64,000 bases of DNA, taken from contig NC_058370.1 of assembly GCF_018350175.1 (NCBI RefSeq), positions 95,170,001 through 95,234,000 on the forward strand, given 5' to 3'. The notes below the pieces were generated by a model. It ran no database searches. It was not told the origin of the DNA and saw only the letters and a program-made list of their open reading frames with translations. Both the position numbers and the translations under genes were made by a program. This document shows, one piece after another, positions 24,680 through 36,150 of this stretch (positions are counted from its first letter, which is position 1; the number at the start of each line of letters is the position of its first letter). The DNA comes from Felis catus. Its lineage: Eukaryota.

Positions 24680-25008
24680 ATCGCAGTAGTTCCTGGGAGG
24701 AATGAGAGGGCTTCACCACTTGGAGAGCATTAAATCGAATGCAACCCAAGTAAGTGTTCAAAGCAAAGAACTTACTATTATTTGTTCTAAGTAAGGACAC
24801 CGGGAGATAGCTCTCAAAGCACTGTCTCCCCATGGGGTTAGTACAGGAAGCTTTTATTCAGTGCATTGGTGGGGTAGGGAGCTTGCATACACATTAATGA
24901 ACTTACACATATTCTTTTAGGCACTTTCGTTCAGTTGTGGGGTGCCTAGCATGCTAGTGCATGTGGTGTCTAAATGGAGTGTCTTTCGATCAGATGGGGC
25001 CCCCCGAA
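24680..25008 (-). mobile_element. Carnivore ERV LTR-like segment
   Basis: Antisense LTR-type text (GAATGCAACCCAAG..CAAAGCAAAGAA..GGAGATAGCTCTCAAAGCACTGTCTCCCC), minus-strand AATAAA (TTTATT at about 24853). Family not assigned. Confidence 0.5.
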
Positions 25009-25388
25009 TGTGAGGCAACGATGAGGAGGAAGCCAGTGGTACTGGAGGTAAGAGAATTCACCTGAGGCAAATCAAAAGAGATTGAAGTCTTTGAATACAC
25101 TGCAAGGGAGCATGGGCAGGACAGCAGAGAAGAGGCTGTCTGCAGTGGGTGAGGCAGTGGGTGAGGGTTGTTTTTAAAGGGGGAAGATGAGGAGATATGG
25201 TGACATATAGGTAGAAATCTCCCTTTTTTTGGTTATTGTGCCTGATTATAAGTAGCCCATTGGTTAGTTAGGGACTATGGATATTTTGAAGTGACTATGG
25301 ATATTTTGAAATGACTATGGATATTTTGCCTGATGCCTGATGGGCCTGTCTGTATTCAGCCAGGTGGTCACTATGGGCCCTTTCTACA
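25009..25388 (-). mobile_element. Carnivore ERV solo LTR containing a 20-bp tandem repeat
   Basis: TG...CA ends (TGTGAGG...TTTCTACA); motif GAATACACTGCAAGGGAGCATGGGCAGGACAGC; no clean TSD. Confidence 0.65.
25273..25328. repeat. 20-bp tandem repeat, 2.8 copies (GACTATGGATATTTTGAA(G/A)T)
   Basis: Units start at 25273, 25293 and 25313. Confidence 0.97.
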
Positions 25389-25768
25389 TTCCATCCCTCA
25401 ATCCTTTTTGCCTGAAAGTGCCCCGTATAGTGCATACTAAGTTCAAAAAAATTGCAGATAACTCCCATAGGAGATTTTAGTATTATAACGAGCTAAGGGT
25501 AATGTTAAGACAATGTGGGGGCCCAATGAGTCCTGAGCTCCAAACCAGCTCAAACTGACTCATGTGAAGGACTGTCAGGTGAAATACCTAGCTGGGTGTC
25601 TCCTTGGCCGGAACTGTATGTTTGCAAAACAAAACAAAACACATTTCTTCCCTGCTTTTGTCCCTTCCACTTCCTCCCTTCTGCCAGTAGCTTTCCACCC
25701 TCTGATCTGAGTAACTTCCTGTAGCATCCTTGCTAAAAGAGAATGATGATTGGAACTCTTCTAGCCCC

Positions 25769-26286
25769 TGTTTGGGGTCCTTTGTGTCCCTCTTGGGGAG
25801 CAAGAGTTTCTGTACCCTCAAAGGTCCTTCTAGCTAAATTAGGGATTAAATTGACATGAGACAGATTAACAGGAGAAAATCCAATTTAACAGGCATGTAT
25901 GTATAGGAAATCCACATAGACATGGAAAATCCAAAGATAGGCAAAATGAGGCACGTATGTCATCCTGAACTAGGAAGAAGGAGGTAGTGGTCTGGGATTA
26001 AAGAGAAAAGGAATGCACTTTATAGGCCCTTAAGAGGAGCAAATGTTTGGTAATTAGATGTTCGACCTACTATACAGATGGGTCACTCAGACAAAATTTG
26101 TCTCTGTTAATAACCCTTATTCTGGGAAAGACCCCCAAGTTAGATTTTTCTGTTTGGTTAAAGGTGGTAGAAAAGTTTCCCTTGAGCCCATAGGGTCTCA
26201 AGTGCCTTCAGCTCAAAATAATCCATATGCCAGAGTGGTGCATTCAGGGTGGGGGTGGAGGAAGGAGCCTCTCCTGAACCCCTTCA
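25769..26286 (-). mobile_element. ERV1 solo LTR, MER34-like (related to 8103-8571)
   Basis: TG...CA ends, near-TSD CCCC/TCCC; shares ATTAAATTGACAT..ACAGATTAACAG, CAAATGTTTGGTAA and TCAAAATAATCCA(T/C)ATGCCA with the 8.1-kb copy. Confidence 0.8.
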
Positions 26287-27577
26287 TCCCTTCACTGTGC
26301 ATAGATGATTTTGACTTTCCTGTCATCCTGAGCAAACAGAAGGCACCATCCCAAGTCCTCTGCATCTCAGGACTCCACTGACTGCCCTGGCATCCTGTGC
26401 TTACTTTCTGCTTTGCTTCCCTTCCCGGGTTGGGCCTTAGTGGAAAACCTAGTTGCCTCATGGAGGTGACTCTTCTCTAAAAGTAGCCCCTGTCCTCTTG
26501 CTTGAAGATTACAGCATCTCTGGATAGCTTATACCACATTTTCATTTTTCTCCCAAGTTCACCACATAATAGATACATACTAAGGTCTGAATCAAGGTGA
26601 CTGGCAAGTAGCCTTCTCATCTGTACACTTGCTTCTAGCAGCTGACATGATCAAGCGTTCATTATCCTAAAACAAAACTCCCTTACTGAGTCACACCTAG
26701 TTCACTCCAAAGCTCTCTGCTTTTCTTCACAACCAAATGTCCTATTACAGCAGCATGCATTTACCCTCTCTCCTTGGCTACCTTCATGCCTCAACCCTCC
26801 TGGCCATCTTCCTTTACCATCATTTGAATGCATATTGCTCTCATTTTGATCACCAAAGAACATCTTTTTACTAATCCATTCTGCTCATTCATTCTGCTAA
26901 ACTTGGGATTCTTTTCCTCCTGTATTTCTTCATTTTCTTCTTTCTGCAGGTGCATGGTTTTTACCCTTAAATGTTCTTACTACTCCTTTCCCAAAAAGAC
27001 AACTCGGTAAACCTCTTTCTGTATTCTCTGGCTTTTACTTCTATAATATTCAAAAGTGATAATATTAGAATCAAGAGTATGGTTTCTTTGGATTGTTGCT
27101 AAATTAGCCTTTTGTCATAATCTTCATTTTTGCATATTGGAAACCATTTTCTCATCTTAATTTTGAACATTTTTTTCTGCTTAGAAATAATTTAAATTGT
27201 TCCTAGTAACTGAAAACATGCTCTATTAAATTTCACTTGACTTAATGCAATGTTAATTCTCCCAGACTTACCACATTTATTTTATTTCATTCAGTGTTCA
27301 AACAATGTATTAGTTCCCTGAAAGTTCTTAAAGTTTCTTTTCAATAAGTGAATTGAAGTGCCTGTGCTAAATGAACAGCAGTTACATTACACATTTAAAG
27401 AAGAAAAGTGCTGATGTATTTAAAATCTTTTATTGACATTGCAGCTGCCCCTCTTGGCTTTAAAAAAAGCACAGTGCTATTATGTGAATTGTAAATACCA
27501 AGATATTCTTCTAGGAAAAGAAAGCTAAGAATGTTAGTAGAAAATTGTACTTTTCTAGTATGGTAATTGGATTTCCT

Positions 27578-27578
<1 letters not shown>

Positions 27579-27622
<44 letters not shown>

Positions 27623-27641
27623 TGTCCCCCCCCCCCCCCCA
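27579..27641. repeat. (GT)n microsatellite followed by a C-homopolymer
   Basis: Read directly. Confidence 0.95.
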
Positions 27642-27954
27642 ATGAAACTTCTTACTCGGAAAATTGAGAAATTATAAGGAGATAACTCAAACTTACAAAA
27701 TAGCATCACTTTTCAGATTTTTCAAGTACCTAATTGCTACTATCATCTTCATTTAAGGACTCACCATAATCTAGGATATCAAATTGGCCTTTACAAAAAT
27801 TACTTTTTACATAGCATTTAACTTGTAAAAAGTACTTTTTATAATTGAAATGCTGATGGGTGTAATTTAAAGTATATAAGAACACTGTTTCTTCAGGGGA
27901 TACATCTCCAAATTCTCCATGGCTTACAATGCCATGTATGATTGGGGTGTAACT

Positions 27955-28270
27955 TACTGTACCAGGTTGCGTCCTCTGGAGTTTGAAATGGAAAAATGCT
28001 TACCAGGGGTTGCATATATGAAAGATAAAAGGGAAAGGGAACAAGAGGAGGAATAAGAGGGGAGAAGGAGGTAGGGTAGAGAGAGCCTGACTACCCTAAG
28101 CATCCCAGTGGGGGATTCTACTGCCAAAATTCCCCTTTAGAGGAGTTATTCATTGAGGAGAAACAGTTGGGCATCAGTTATTGGTGATACTGGTTGGGGG
28201 AAGCCTGTCTTTGGCCTGAAAGCTGTGGTGGATCCTAAAGCCTCCACAGCTGGAGGATGTCCTCTGTTTC
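27955..28270 (-). mobile_element. ERVL LTR16/LTR33-like remnant
   Basis: TGTACCAGGTTGCGTCCTCTGG start and purine-rich body resembling antisense LTR16. Confidence 0.5.
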
Positions 28271-28294
28271 CAGCATCTTTCAAAGGGAAGATAT

Positions 28295-29465
28295 TTTTAT
28301 TTTGGTGAATTTCAGTTTATTGATTTTAATTATTTCATAGATCATAGTTTGAGTTTTGTGTTTAATAAACCTTTCCCATCAGTTTTATCCTGTTTTTCCT
28401 AGAAGTTTTTCAGTTTTAGGTTTTACATTTGGGTCTTTATTTCACATTGAGCTAATTTTTGATTATCGGCAAAGTGTAGGGATCAAGGTTTTACATAAAG
28501 ATGCCCATTTGTGCCAGAATTCTCTTAGAAAGATTATGCTTTCACCATTAAATTGCCTTTGCACCTTAGACAAAAATCAATTGATCATATATATGAGGGT
28601 CTATTTATGCAATATGTTCTCTGCTAGTGATCTATGTGTCTTGTACTTTGATTACCACACTGTATTGATTATTCTATCTTTGTAATAAACCTTGAAATTA
28701 GACAGTGTTAATATTCCAGTTTTTTCCATATTGTTTGGATATTTGAGTTCCTTTGATTCATATATAATTTTTTGAATCAGATTTTTTATTTAATAAAAAG
28801 ATTTTTGCTGGAATTCAGTTTGGGATTATGTTGAATCTATGGATCTATCTGGGACAACTGGCATATTAATATTATTGAGACTTCTAGTCCATGAGTAAAG
28901 TATATCTATCAATTTATTTTGATCTTTTTAAATTTCTCATCAGTTTTCAACATATAGATCTTGTATGAATTTCATTAGGTTTATACCTAGGTATTTTATT
29001 TTGCTACTATTTTAAATAATACTTAAAAGAATTTCTACCTTCACATGTTCATTGTTGCATAGAAATACAATTTGTGTGTGTGTGTGTGTGTGTGTGTCTA
29101 TGTGTCTGTGAATTAGCCTTGTATCTTGTGACCTACCAAACTCATTTATTAGATCTAATAGACAACTATGTTTTATTTGAGTAGAAATAATTTTATTTAT
29201 GTCTTTTGATTCTATCTTATTACTTTCTTTTTCTTGCTTTATTGCACTGGCTAGGACATCTATTATGGTAGTGAATAAGAGTGATGAGTGTAGTCATCTT
29301 TGTCTTATTCTTGTTAAGGAGAAAGCAGTCTATTACCTTTAAGTAAGATATCAGCTATAGGTTTATTATAGATGCCCTTTTCAGGTTTAGGAAGTTCTTT
29401 GTACTAGTTTGCTGAGTCACTAACATGAAATGATGTTAAATTTTTTTAAATGTGTTTTATTTCCT
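28295..29465 (-). mobile_element. Old L1M fragment (3' region)
   Basis: TTTCCTAGAAGTTTTTCAGTTTTAGGTTTTACATTTGGGTC, GATTATGCTTTCACCATTAAATTGCC, GCACTGGCTAGGAC, GATGCCCTTTTCAGGTTTAGGAAGTTC. Confidence 0.85.
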
Positions 29466-29734
29466 CTATTGCAGTAATCACAATGATCACAGTAAAATAA
29501 AAAGGAAAAAAAAATGGTCCCATGCAGATTTCATGATCAAGCTTATTTTCTTTACCCTAATATAAGAACCCTGATGATCTGACTCTTGCCTATGTCCCTT
29601 TAACATCATGTCTTTCATTCCCCACCTGTACCTTAAGCTGCTCTAGAACAGGAATTACTTGCATTTTTCTGCATACATCATGTTCATATTTATCAATATT
29701 TATAGTGCACACTGTGTTAAACCACCCAGACTTC

Positions 29735-30035
29735 TCACTTCTCACTTCTGTGAGGCCTGCAAGATTTATTCCCTCACCTGAGAGTGGTACTGGATGACAG
29801 ACCTCTCAGCTGTCAGCCCTCCTAAGAAATTACCTCCTGATGCAGAGAGCTGCCTTACACAAGGCTGTCACCTTCCATAAACAACCTGTGTCTAAAGCAG
29901 GGTCAGTAAGACTAAACTCTCTCATCCTAAAGATGGACAGTAACACTGAAGACCCAATTTTGAAGGACTATCCCAACTTTGTAGGTCCCCATGGGATCAG
30001 CTGAGATCTTGTTTTGAATTCATCACAGCTAATGT
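29735..30035 (+). mobile_element. ERVL LTR16-like remnant
   Basis: GAGAGCTGCCTTACACAAGG..GAAGGACTATCCCAAC..CCCCATGGGATCAGCTGAG..CATCACAGCT matches the recalled LTR16 consensus. Confidence 0.65.
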
Positions 30036-30349
30036 GACCAGCAACTGGAACCAAGTTCCAGTTTGCCCACAGCTGAGGGGTTTCCCAAAACCCAAAAACT
30101 TTCAGTGCTAAAAGTAGGAAAGTCTTTGGCAAAATAAGATGACTCAGTCATGCTATTGGAGTCACCGGTGCCTCTTTCTCCAAAATTCTTTTTCACTGCT
30201 TTCAGGTGCTGATTCTGAGGTAACTTGGTGCTTTGCTGCCTTCATGCTGATATCTGTTCAGGTACCCACTGCAATAAGAAAAGGGCGGGGGGGAGAGGAA
30301 GCAGGAAGGCCAGCTAAGGAGGCAATTGCATTACTCCATGACAAGTAAG

Positions 30350-30720
30350 GAAGTGGTATGCCCAGGATGGTGGGAGCATAGAGGGAAGAGAAGTAGACAA
30401 GATTCATGACTTACTTTAGAGGTCAAGCTAACAAGTCTTTCTGATGGATTGGATTATCGGATCACAGGGGCCTGCTCAGTGTTGAGGTTGAGCAGCTAAG
30501 TGAATGTGGCATTATGTACTAAAATGAGGAAGGTAATGATAATTCAATATGTCCTTCATTTAGTATGGGATAAGTGAGTAGAGATTTCAAGTAGGCATAA
30601 AGATCTAGAGCTCTGCAGAGGTATAGATTGGGGTACAGAGTAAGGAAACAGGGATACCCAGATTCCAGTTAAAGTCACAGGAGTAAATGGAATCACCATA
30701 AAGGAATGCAGAGAACAGTG
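30350..30720 (-). mobile_element. L2 remnant
   Basis: GGTCAAGCTAACAAG..GATGGATTGGAT, GTTGAGCAGCTAAGTGAATG, TAGAGCTCTGCAGAGG. Confidence 0.55.
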
Positions 30721-30778
30721 GATCTGAAGCTTTCCTGGGTTGCAAGTCCTTTTGAGAATCTGATGAAAGCTAAGAAAT

Positions 30779-30840
30779 CTGCTGCTGCTGCTGCTGCTGC
30801 TTCTTCTTCTTCTTCTTCTTCTTCTTCTTCTTCTTCTTCT
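30779..30840. repeat. Compound trinucleotide repeat (CTG)7(CTT)13 inside a MITE remnant
   Basis: Read directly; preceded by GAGAATCTGATGAAAGC, the same MITE family as 1560-1722. Confidence 0.95.
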
Positions 30841-30863
30841 AAGCACATTCTTGTAAATATTTC

Positions 30864-31282
30864 TATGTTGGTTTCCTAGGGCTTCTGTAACAAGGTATCA
30901 CAAAGTGGGTAGCTTAAAACAGCAGAAATGTATTGTATCCTGATTCTGGAAGCTAGAAGATGAAAATGAGAGTGTTGGCGGGGGCCAATCTCCCTCTGAA
31001 ACACGTAAGGGAAGATCCTTCCTTGCCTGTTTCTCCCTTCTTGTGGTGGCAGTCAGTCCTTGGCATCCTTTGGATGGGAGCTACATCATTCTGCTTCAGT
31101 TTTAATGTGGTGTTCTGCTCTCTGTGGAGCTATCCCTCCTAAGGACGCTGGTCACATTAATTAAAGGCCCACCCTATTCCAGTATGACCTCATCTTACCT
31201 AAATACATCCATAATAGCTCTCTTTTAAGGTACAGAGGGTTAGGACATCAACATACCTTTCTGCAGGACACAACCCATAGCA
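30864..31282 (-). mobile_element. MaLR LTR, MLT1 (C/D-like)
   Basis: GTTTCCTAGGGCTTCTGTAACAAGGTATCACAAAGTGGGTAGCTTAAAACAGCAGAAATG...CAGTATGACCTCATCTT...CAACCCATAGCA. Confidence 0.88.
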
Positions 31283-31629
31283 ACTTCATACTATCTTAAG
31301 GATTCAAAAATTCCTTGGAGTCCAACCTCCAGAGGCATAATGCAGAACTCATCACCATTTGGAGTCAACATTTGGAGGATGGACATAGGAGGAGACAATG
31401 GCAAAGAGAATGAGGAGAAACAGAAGGAACATGAATTTATGTCCCCTTTCGGAGAGGAAAAAGAAATAAATGCAGAACCCATGCAAAGAAAGCACTAAGA
31501 GTGCCCTAGAAACCAAAAGTTTCTCTTGTTGCCCATGGGCAGCTCCACACAGTGCTGCTGATGGTACTAGCAGTAAATGTGATTGTTGTTGTTATTATTA
31601 TTATTAATTATTGTTTTGTTGTTTTGGGT

Positions 31630-31800
31630 GTCTGGCACCTTTCTGTGCACTTTACCTGTATGATTCTTTTCATCCTCACAACAACTGTATTATTATTATC
31701 CCCATTTTATAAATGAGGAAACTATAGAGTTAAAATAGCTTCCTTACAGTGACATTGTAGGTGAAAGACATCTTAAATCTTAACATATTTCAATCCTAAA
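31630..31800 (-). mobile_element. MIR
   Basis: ATCCTCACAACAAC..TTATCCCCATTTTATAAATGAGGAAAC core. Confidence 0.8.
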
Positions 31801-32324
31801 CTCTTGCTCTTCTTGTCTGAACTTCTCCATTCTTCTCCATTTCAGCCATTAAGTAAATCCCCAAATTATAGACTTTGTGTGTTTTAAACCCAGCTTATCC
31901 CTTCTTCTCATTTTGTGGATTTCATGGTTTGTTGGTTTGTTTGTTTTGGATCATCCAAACCAGCCTCCTGTCCTAGTACTCACCCACAGGATGGTGACAA
32001 CACTCCAGCCACACTAAACTATGTCCTGTGTCTCACCTTTTCCTTTTGCTCTATCTTGGATGGGTTTTCCTCCTGGCTACTGCTGACTCCTGTTCATATT
32101 TCAGCACCCAACACACAGTTACCTTCTCTTATGGGATCTTTTATGAGGCCTTCTGTGTATCACCGAAGGCAAAACCAAAATGAGGGAGACATGAGCTTTG
32201 CCTTCAAACATGCACTTGATTTTACTGAGGTCTGAGGATGTGAAAATGACAGGAGACACACAATTAACGTGAATGAAGGCTAGAATGCTAATGACAGAAT
32301 TATGCTGACAGTAAATAGCTATAG

Positions 32325-32649
32325 AATTTTATTTTTATTATTTTTTTTAACGTTTATTTATTTTTGAAACAGAGAGATACAGAGCATGAACAGGGGAGGG
32401 GCAGAGAGAGAGGGAGACACAGAATCTGAAACTGGCTCCAGGCTCTGAGCGGTCAGCACAGAGCCCGAGGCAGGGCTCGAACTCATGGACCGTGAGATCA
32501 TGACCTGAGCCGAAGTCGGACGCTTAACCGTCCCAGCCACCCAGACGCCCCTTTGTTTTTTTATTTTTATTTTTTTTAACGTTTATTTATTTTTGAGACA
32601 GAGAGAGAGCATGAACGGGAGAGGGGCAGAGAGAGAGGAAGACACAGAA
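32325..32649 (-). mobile_element. Compound SINE: full-length copy (32325-32551) fused to a 5'-truncated copy (32552-32649)
   Basis: Two SINE tails in tandem, bounded by one TSD pair AAATAG(C/T)TA(T/C)AGAATTTT at 32313 and 32650. Confidence 0.9.
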
Positions 32650-32834
32650 AAATAGTTACAGAATTTTAAAGAAGATCAGCCTCCAGCCAGACAACCACTC
32701 ACTCAAAATCATATTATACCGTTACTGGAAATCACCCCCCGTCTTAAGAAGGGGACGTTTGTAGGTATGTGATGAAGAACTTTATGCTCTTGTGTTAATA
32801 TCTCCTTTACCCTTTTGCATATTTGGCTTCAGTT

Positions 32835-32899
32835 TAAAAAAATTTATATTGCTTATTTATTTTTGAGAGAGAGAGGGACAGAGTGCAAACTGGGTAGAA

Positions 32900-32944
<45 letters not shown>

Positions 32945-33070
32945 AAATCTGAAACAGGCTCACCTGAATCTCTCCGTACAGAGCCCGACACGGGGCTCAA
33001 ACTCACAACCATGAGATCAGGACCTGAGTAGAAGTCATATGATTAACCCACTGTGCCACCCAGGTACCCC
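32835..33070 (-). mobile_element. CAN-SINE with (AG)n expansion
   Basis: TSD GGC(T/C)TCAGTTT. Confidence 0.92.
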
Positions 33071-35049
33071 TAGGCCTCAGTTTTTAATGTTTTTTCACCA
33101 AGCTTCATTAGCTCCAGATTATTTATACAGTTTTGAACTGCTCCTAAGTATTTATTGTTCTGAGTGCTCTTTACCTTAAAAATCATGCCTACAACTATAT
33201 AACCAAAGCAGGTGACAACAGATTTTGTTAAGAAGTTTACTTTTTGTTCATTTTCATATTACTCATTTTTCATAATTTAGTGTTAGGATAGAGTATAAAT
33301 TTCAAATGTCGTGTATTTTGTGTTTTTCTTTAATGGATGTTGTGAATTCTTTCTAAAAGACTGTTAATGAGATGATTTTAGGTAAGACTAAGGACCCTTG
33401 AACCCTGTAATCTTGAAATTTTCATAACTTGCCTAAGTTCTCTCTCAGTCAAGTTATATAAAAGTTTTTGTTTGCTTTTTAGGTTTTATTAACAACTTTG
33501 CTGCAAGTTTTGCATCATATACTTGGATTTGAAATGTAGCAATAGAGAAGGATAGATAGTGAAAGATATGATAATCATTGCATTTCAGGCAAACTCAATA
33601 TACAAAGCACTAATTGCACAAAATAAAACAGAACAAAACAAAAAAGTATTATTTTGACCCTATCTACTATTCATCCTCCATCTGTACAGAATTCCCTCCT
33701 CTGTATTTCATGGCTTCCTGTGGGTATGATTTATATGCCATTATATATAGTCTCCTGTAATTATTTACATAATTGTTTCCTTTTCTGTATCCTCCAGTCT
33801 TCTATAAATCACTAGAATATAGAAATTTTTGTGTGTCCTTAGCACCATACCCAGGAATGACAGGTATTTGAAAAGAAAAAAAAAAAAAGAAAAAAAAGAA
33901 AATGTCTGGAGTTCACTCTATATTTTGAGTCTTCTAAGGACTGAGTGCCTACATGTTGGTTAAGAATATCACACACGCAAAAATAGCAGCTTCCATTGAT
34001 GTTTTAAGATAACTTCAAGTGGAAGATAAAACATTTCCAAAATTAAAATGGAAGTCAGGTGGAAACGAAGTGCTACACAGTTTTCCAAGGGACATCTATT
34101 TCTTGCAACAAAGAAGGCTGACATTGTTAGTCCATGGTTGTTCGATTATATTCTTTCTTACATACATAATGTGCATGTTAGTGCATCTTCTATGGGAAAT
34201 TTGATTCACATATTGTGTACATTTTTCTTTTTCTTAGCAAATCTTGAATTTTCATCACAATTCTCGTAGCATACAAAGCAAGTTTTATTTTCAAAAGTGG
34301 AAGTTCAATTACTAGGAAACATGATGACAATAGCAAGCACTAAACCCATAAATGACAGAAGCGGCTGATTTCCCACTTGGCCAAAGTGGAATGTTTTTCA
34401 GTTTACTCATAATATTGAAAAAATAGAGAATCTTTTCTTTGCCTGCCTTTCCTGGAGTCAAAGTTATGTGTTTACTTTTAATTTTGTATATATTTGTATA
34501 TGCATTCAACAAATAATAGGTATTATTCACATAATTTTGTTATAAAGGGAAAGAGGAGAAAGAGAGGAAAGGTTTGAAATTCACTGTATGTATTGTTAAA
34601 CATTTCTGAAAAGTTCATTTACTACTCTTAACTTTAGTAAATCTCCAATTGGAACATAGAATCCCTACTCTCCCATTCAGTATTTATTCATCTTTATTTT
34701 ACCATTACTAATTGAAATATTACATGAGAAAGGGTTTTTTCAAATGGAAATTCGGTAGAAAAATGTTCATGATATTGTTTTCTCTTATGCATTTCCTAGA
34801 GTGGTTGGTTCCATTGCAGTTTATATGCTTATCTCTATATAGTGTTTTCATAACACTAATATAACATGAGCAAGATAAATCTCATGGTAATGACATTAAA
34901 ATTGATACCTGAACATTTTAAGGATACCTGAAACTTTTCGTTAGCTTGTTAAAACTAAGAAGAACAAAACAAATACAACTTAATATGAACTGTTAATTCT
35001 CCTGCAAGATAAAGAGAATTCATTCATTCACTTATTATGTTTTACTTAA

Positions 35050-35255
35050 TATTATCATTATTATTATTTTATTGTGACAGAGAGAAGGAGCATGAGCAGG
35101 GGAGGGATAGAGAGGGAGAGAGAGAAAATCCCAAGCAGGCTCCATGCTCAGCACGCTGAGCCTGATGCAGGGCTTAATACCATGGCCCTGAGATCAAGAC
35201 CTGAGCCAAAATCCACAGTTGAAGGCTTATCCAACTGAGCAATCCAGACGCCCCC
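35050..35255 (-). mobile_element. CAN-SINE (older SINEC)
   Basis: Head reverse complement CCAGACGCCCC; degenerate TSD CATT(C/T)AC(T/C)TATTATG. Confidence 0.9.
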
Positions 35256-35499
35256 ATTTACCTATTATGCTTTAATTGTTTTCAATGCCAAACACTCCAT
35301 CAAATAATGATGGAAAAACAATTTTAAGAGGGTAAAACTAGTTGAACATGAGATATATAAAAATTAAAGAATTCCCTTTAGCACCTTTATCACTGAAGTG
35401 GAATTCGTGTAAAACGGTATAAAGAATATAATAACATAGGCATGATTCTCCACACCTTCCTTTCCCTCTATTCTGATTTCCAGTTTGCCCCCAAGTCTG

Positions 35500-36150
35500 G
35501 CTTATTTTGCCTCCTAAATAATCATCAAACTATTCTGCTTTTGTTCATCCTCAGCACCTCCTAGTCCAAATCATTGTTTACTCTCTGACCATTGCAGTGG
35601 TCTTCTCACAGGACTACCCACATCCACTTGGGCCCTTATGACCTTTTGTCTACACTGTAGAGGGCTCTTTCCAGGGCACATTCTTCATTACCAGGCTTTG
35701 CAATTTAAAACATGTCAGAAGTCTCTCTGGAATTTCAGCTTAAAGACAAAATTTCTGAGTGTTGCCTATAAAGCCATGTGTGATCTGTCTCCTTCTGGTT
35801 CTTTAGGTCACATTTAATGCCGGCCTTCCCTGCTTTGCCCATCACTATGCCACTCAGATCATAATCATACATGTCTTCAGTCCCTTGACCTTGACAGACT
35901 CTCTCCTGTCATATGCTGGTCTTTTTCTGATCCAATTTTCTCCTCCTCATCTTTTCAATGTCAGCAAAATATCATTTCCTCAGAGAAGAGTTCCTTGACA
36001 ACTTGACCCCAGTCAGATCCTCCCTTTATAGCATCATAACCTTCAAGCTTGGCCCCACTGCAACTTTTCATTAATCAAGACCTAAGTCCTATCTGTCTTA
36101 TTATCTTATGACTTGGGTGCAAGACATAGTCAGAAGAATAACAGGTAACC
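35500..36150 (+). mobile_element. L2 remnant
   Basis: Pyrimidine-rich L2-like body (CCTAGTCCAAATCATT, CCTCAGAGAAGAGTTCCTTGAC) with an AATAAA-containing 3' end. Confidence 0.55.

Noticed and set aside
24475-24755. Two strong + strand donors (GTAAGT at about 24602 and 24749) as host-gene exons
   Set aside because: The second lies in LTR-like sequence; no recognisable peptide; the acceptors are ambiguous.
25273-25328. Short direct repeats resembling a CRISPR array
   Set aside because: Head-to-tail tandem units with no spacers, inside a mammalian LTR.
30556-30846. ORF with poly-Arg/poly-Ser resembling an SR protein
   Set aside because: Produced by the (CTG)(CTT) repeat plus L2 sequence.
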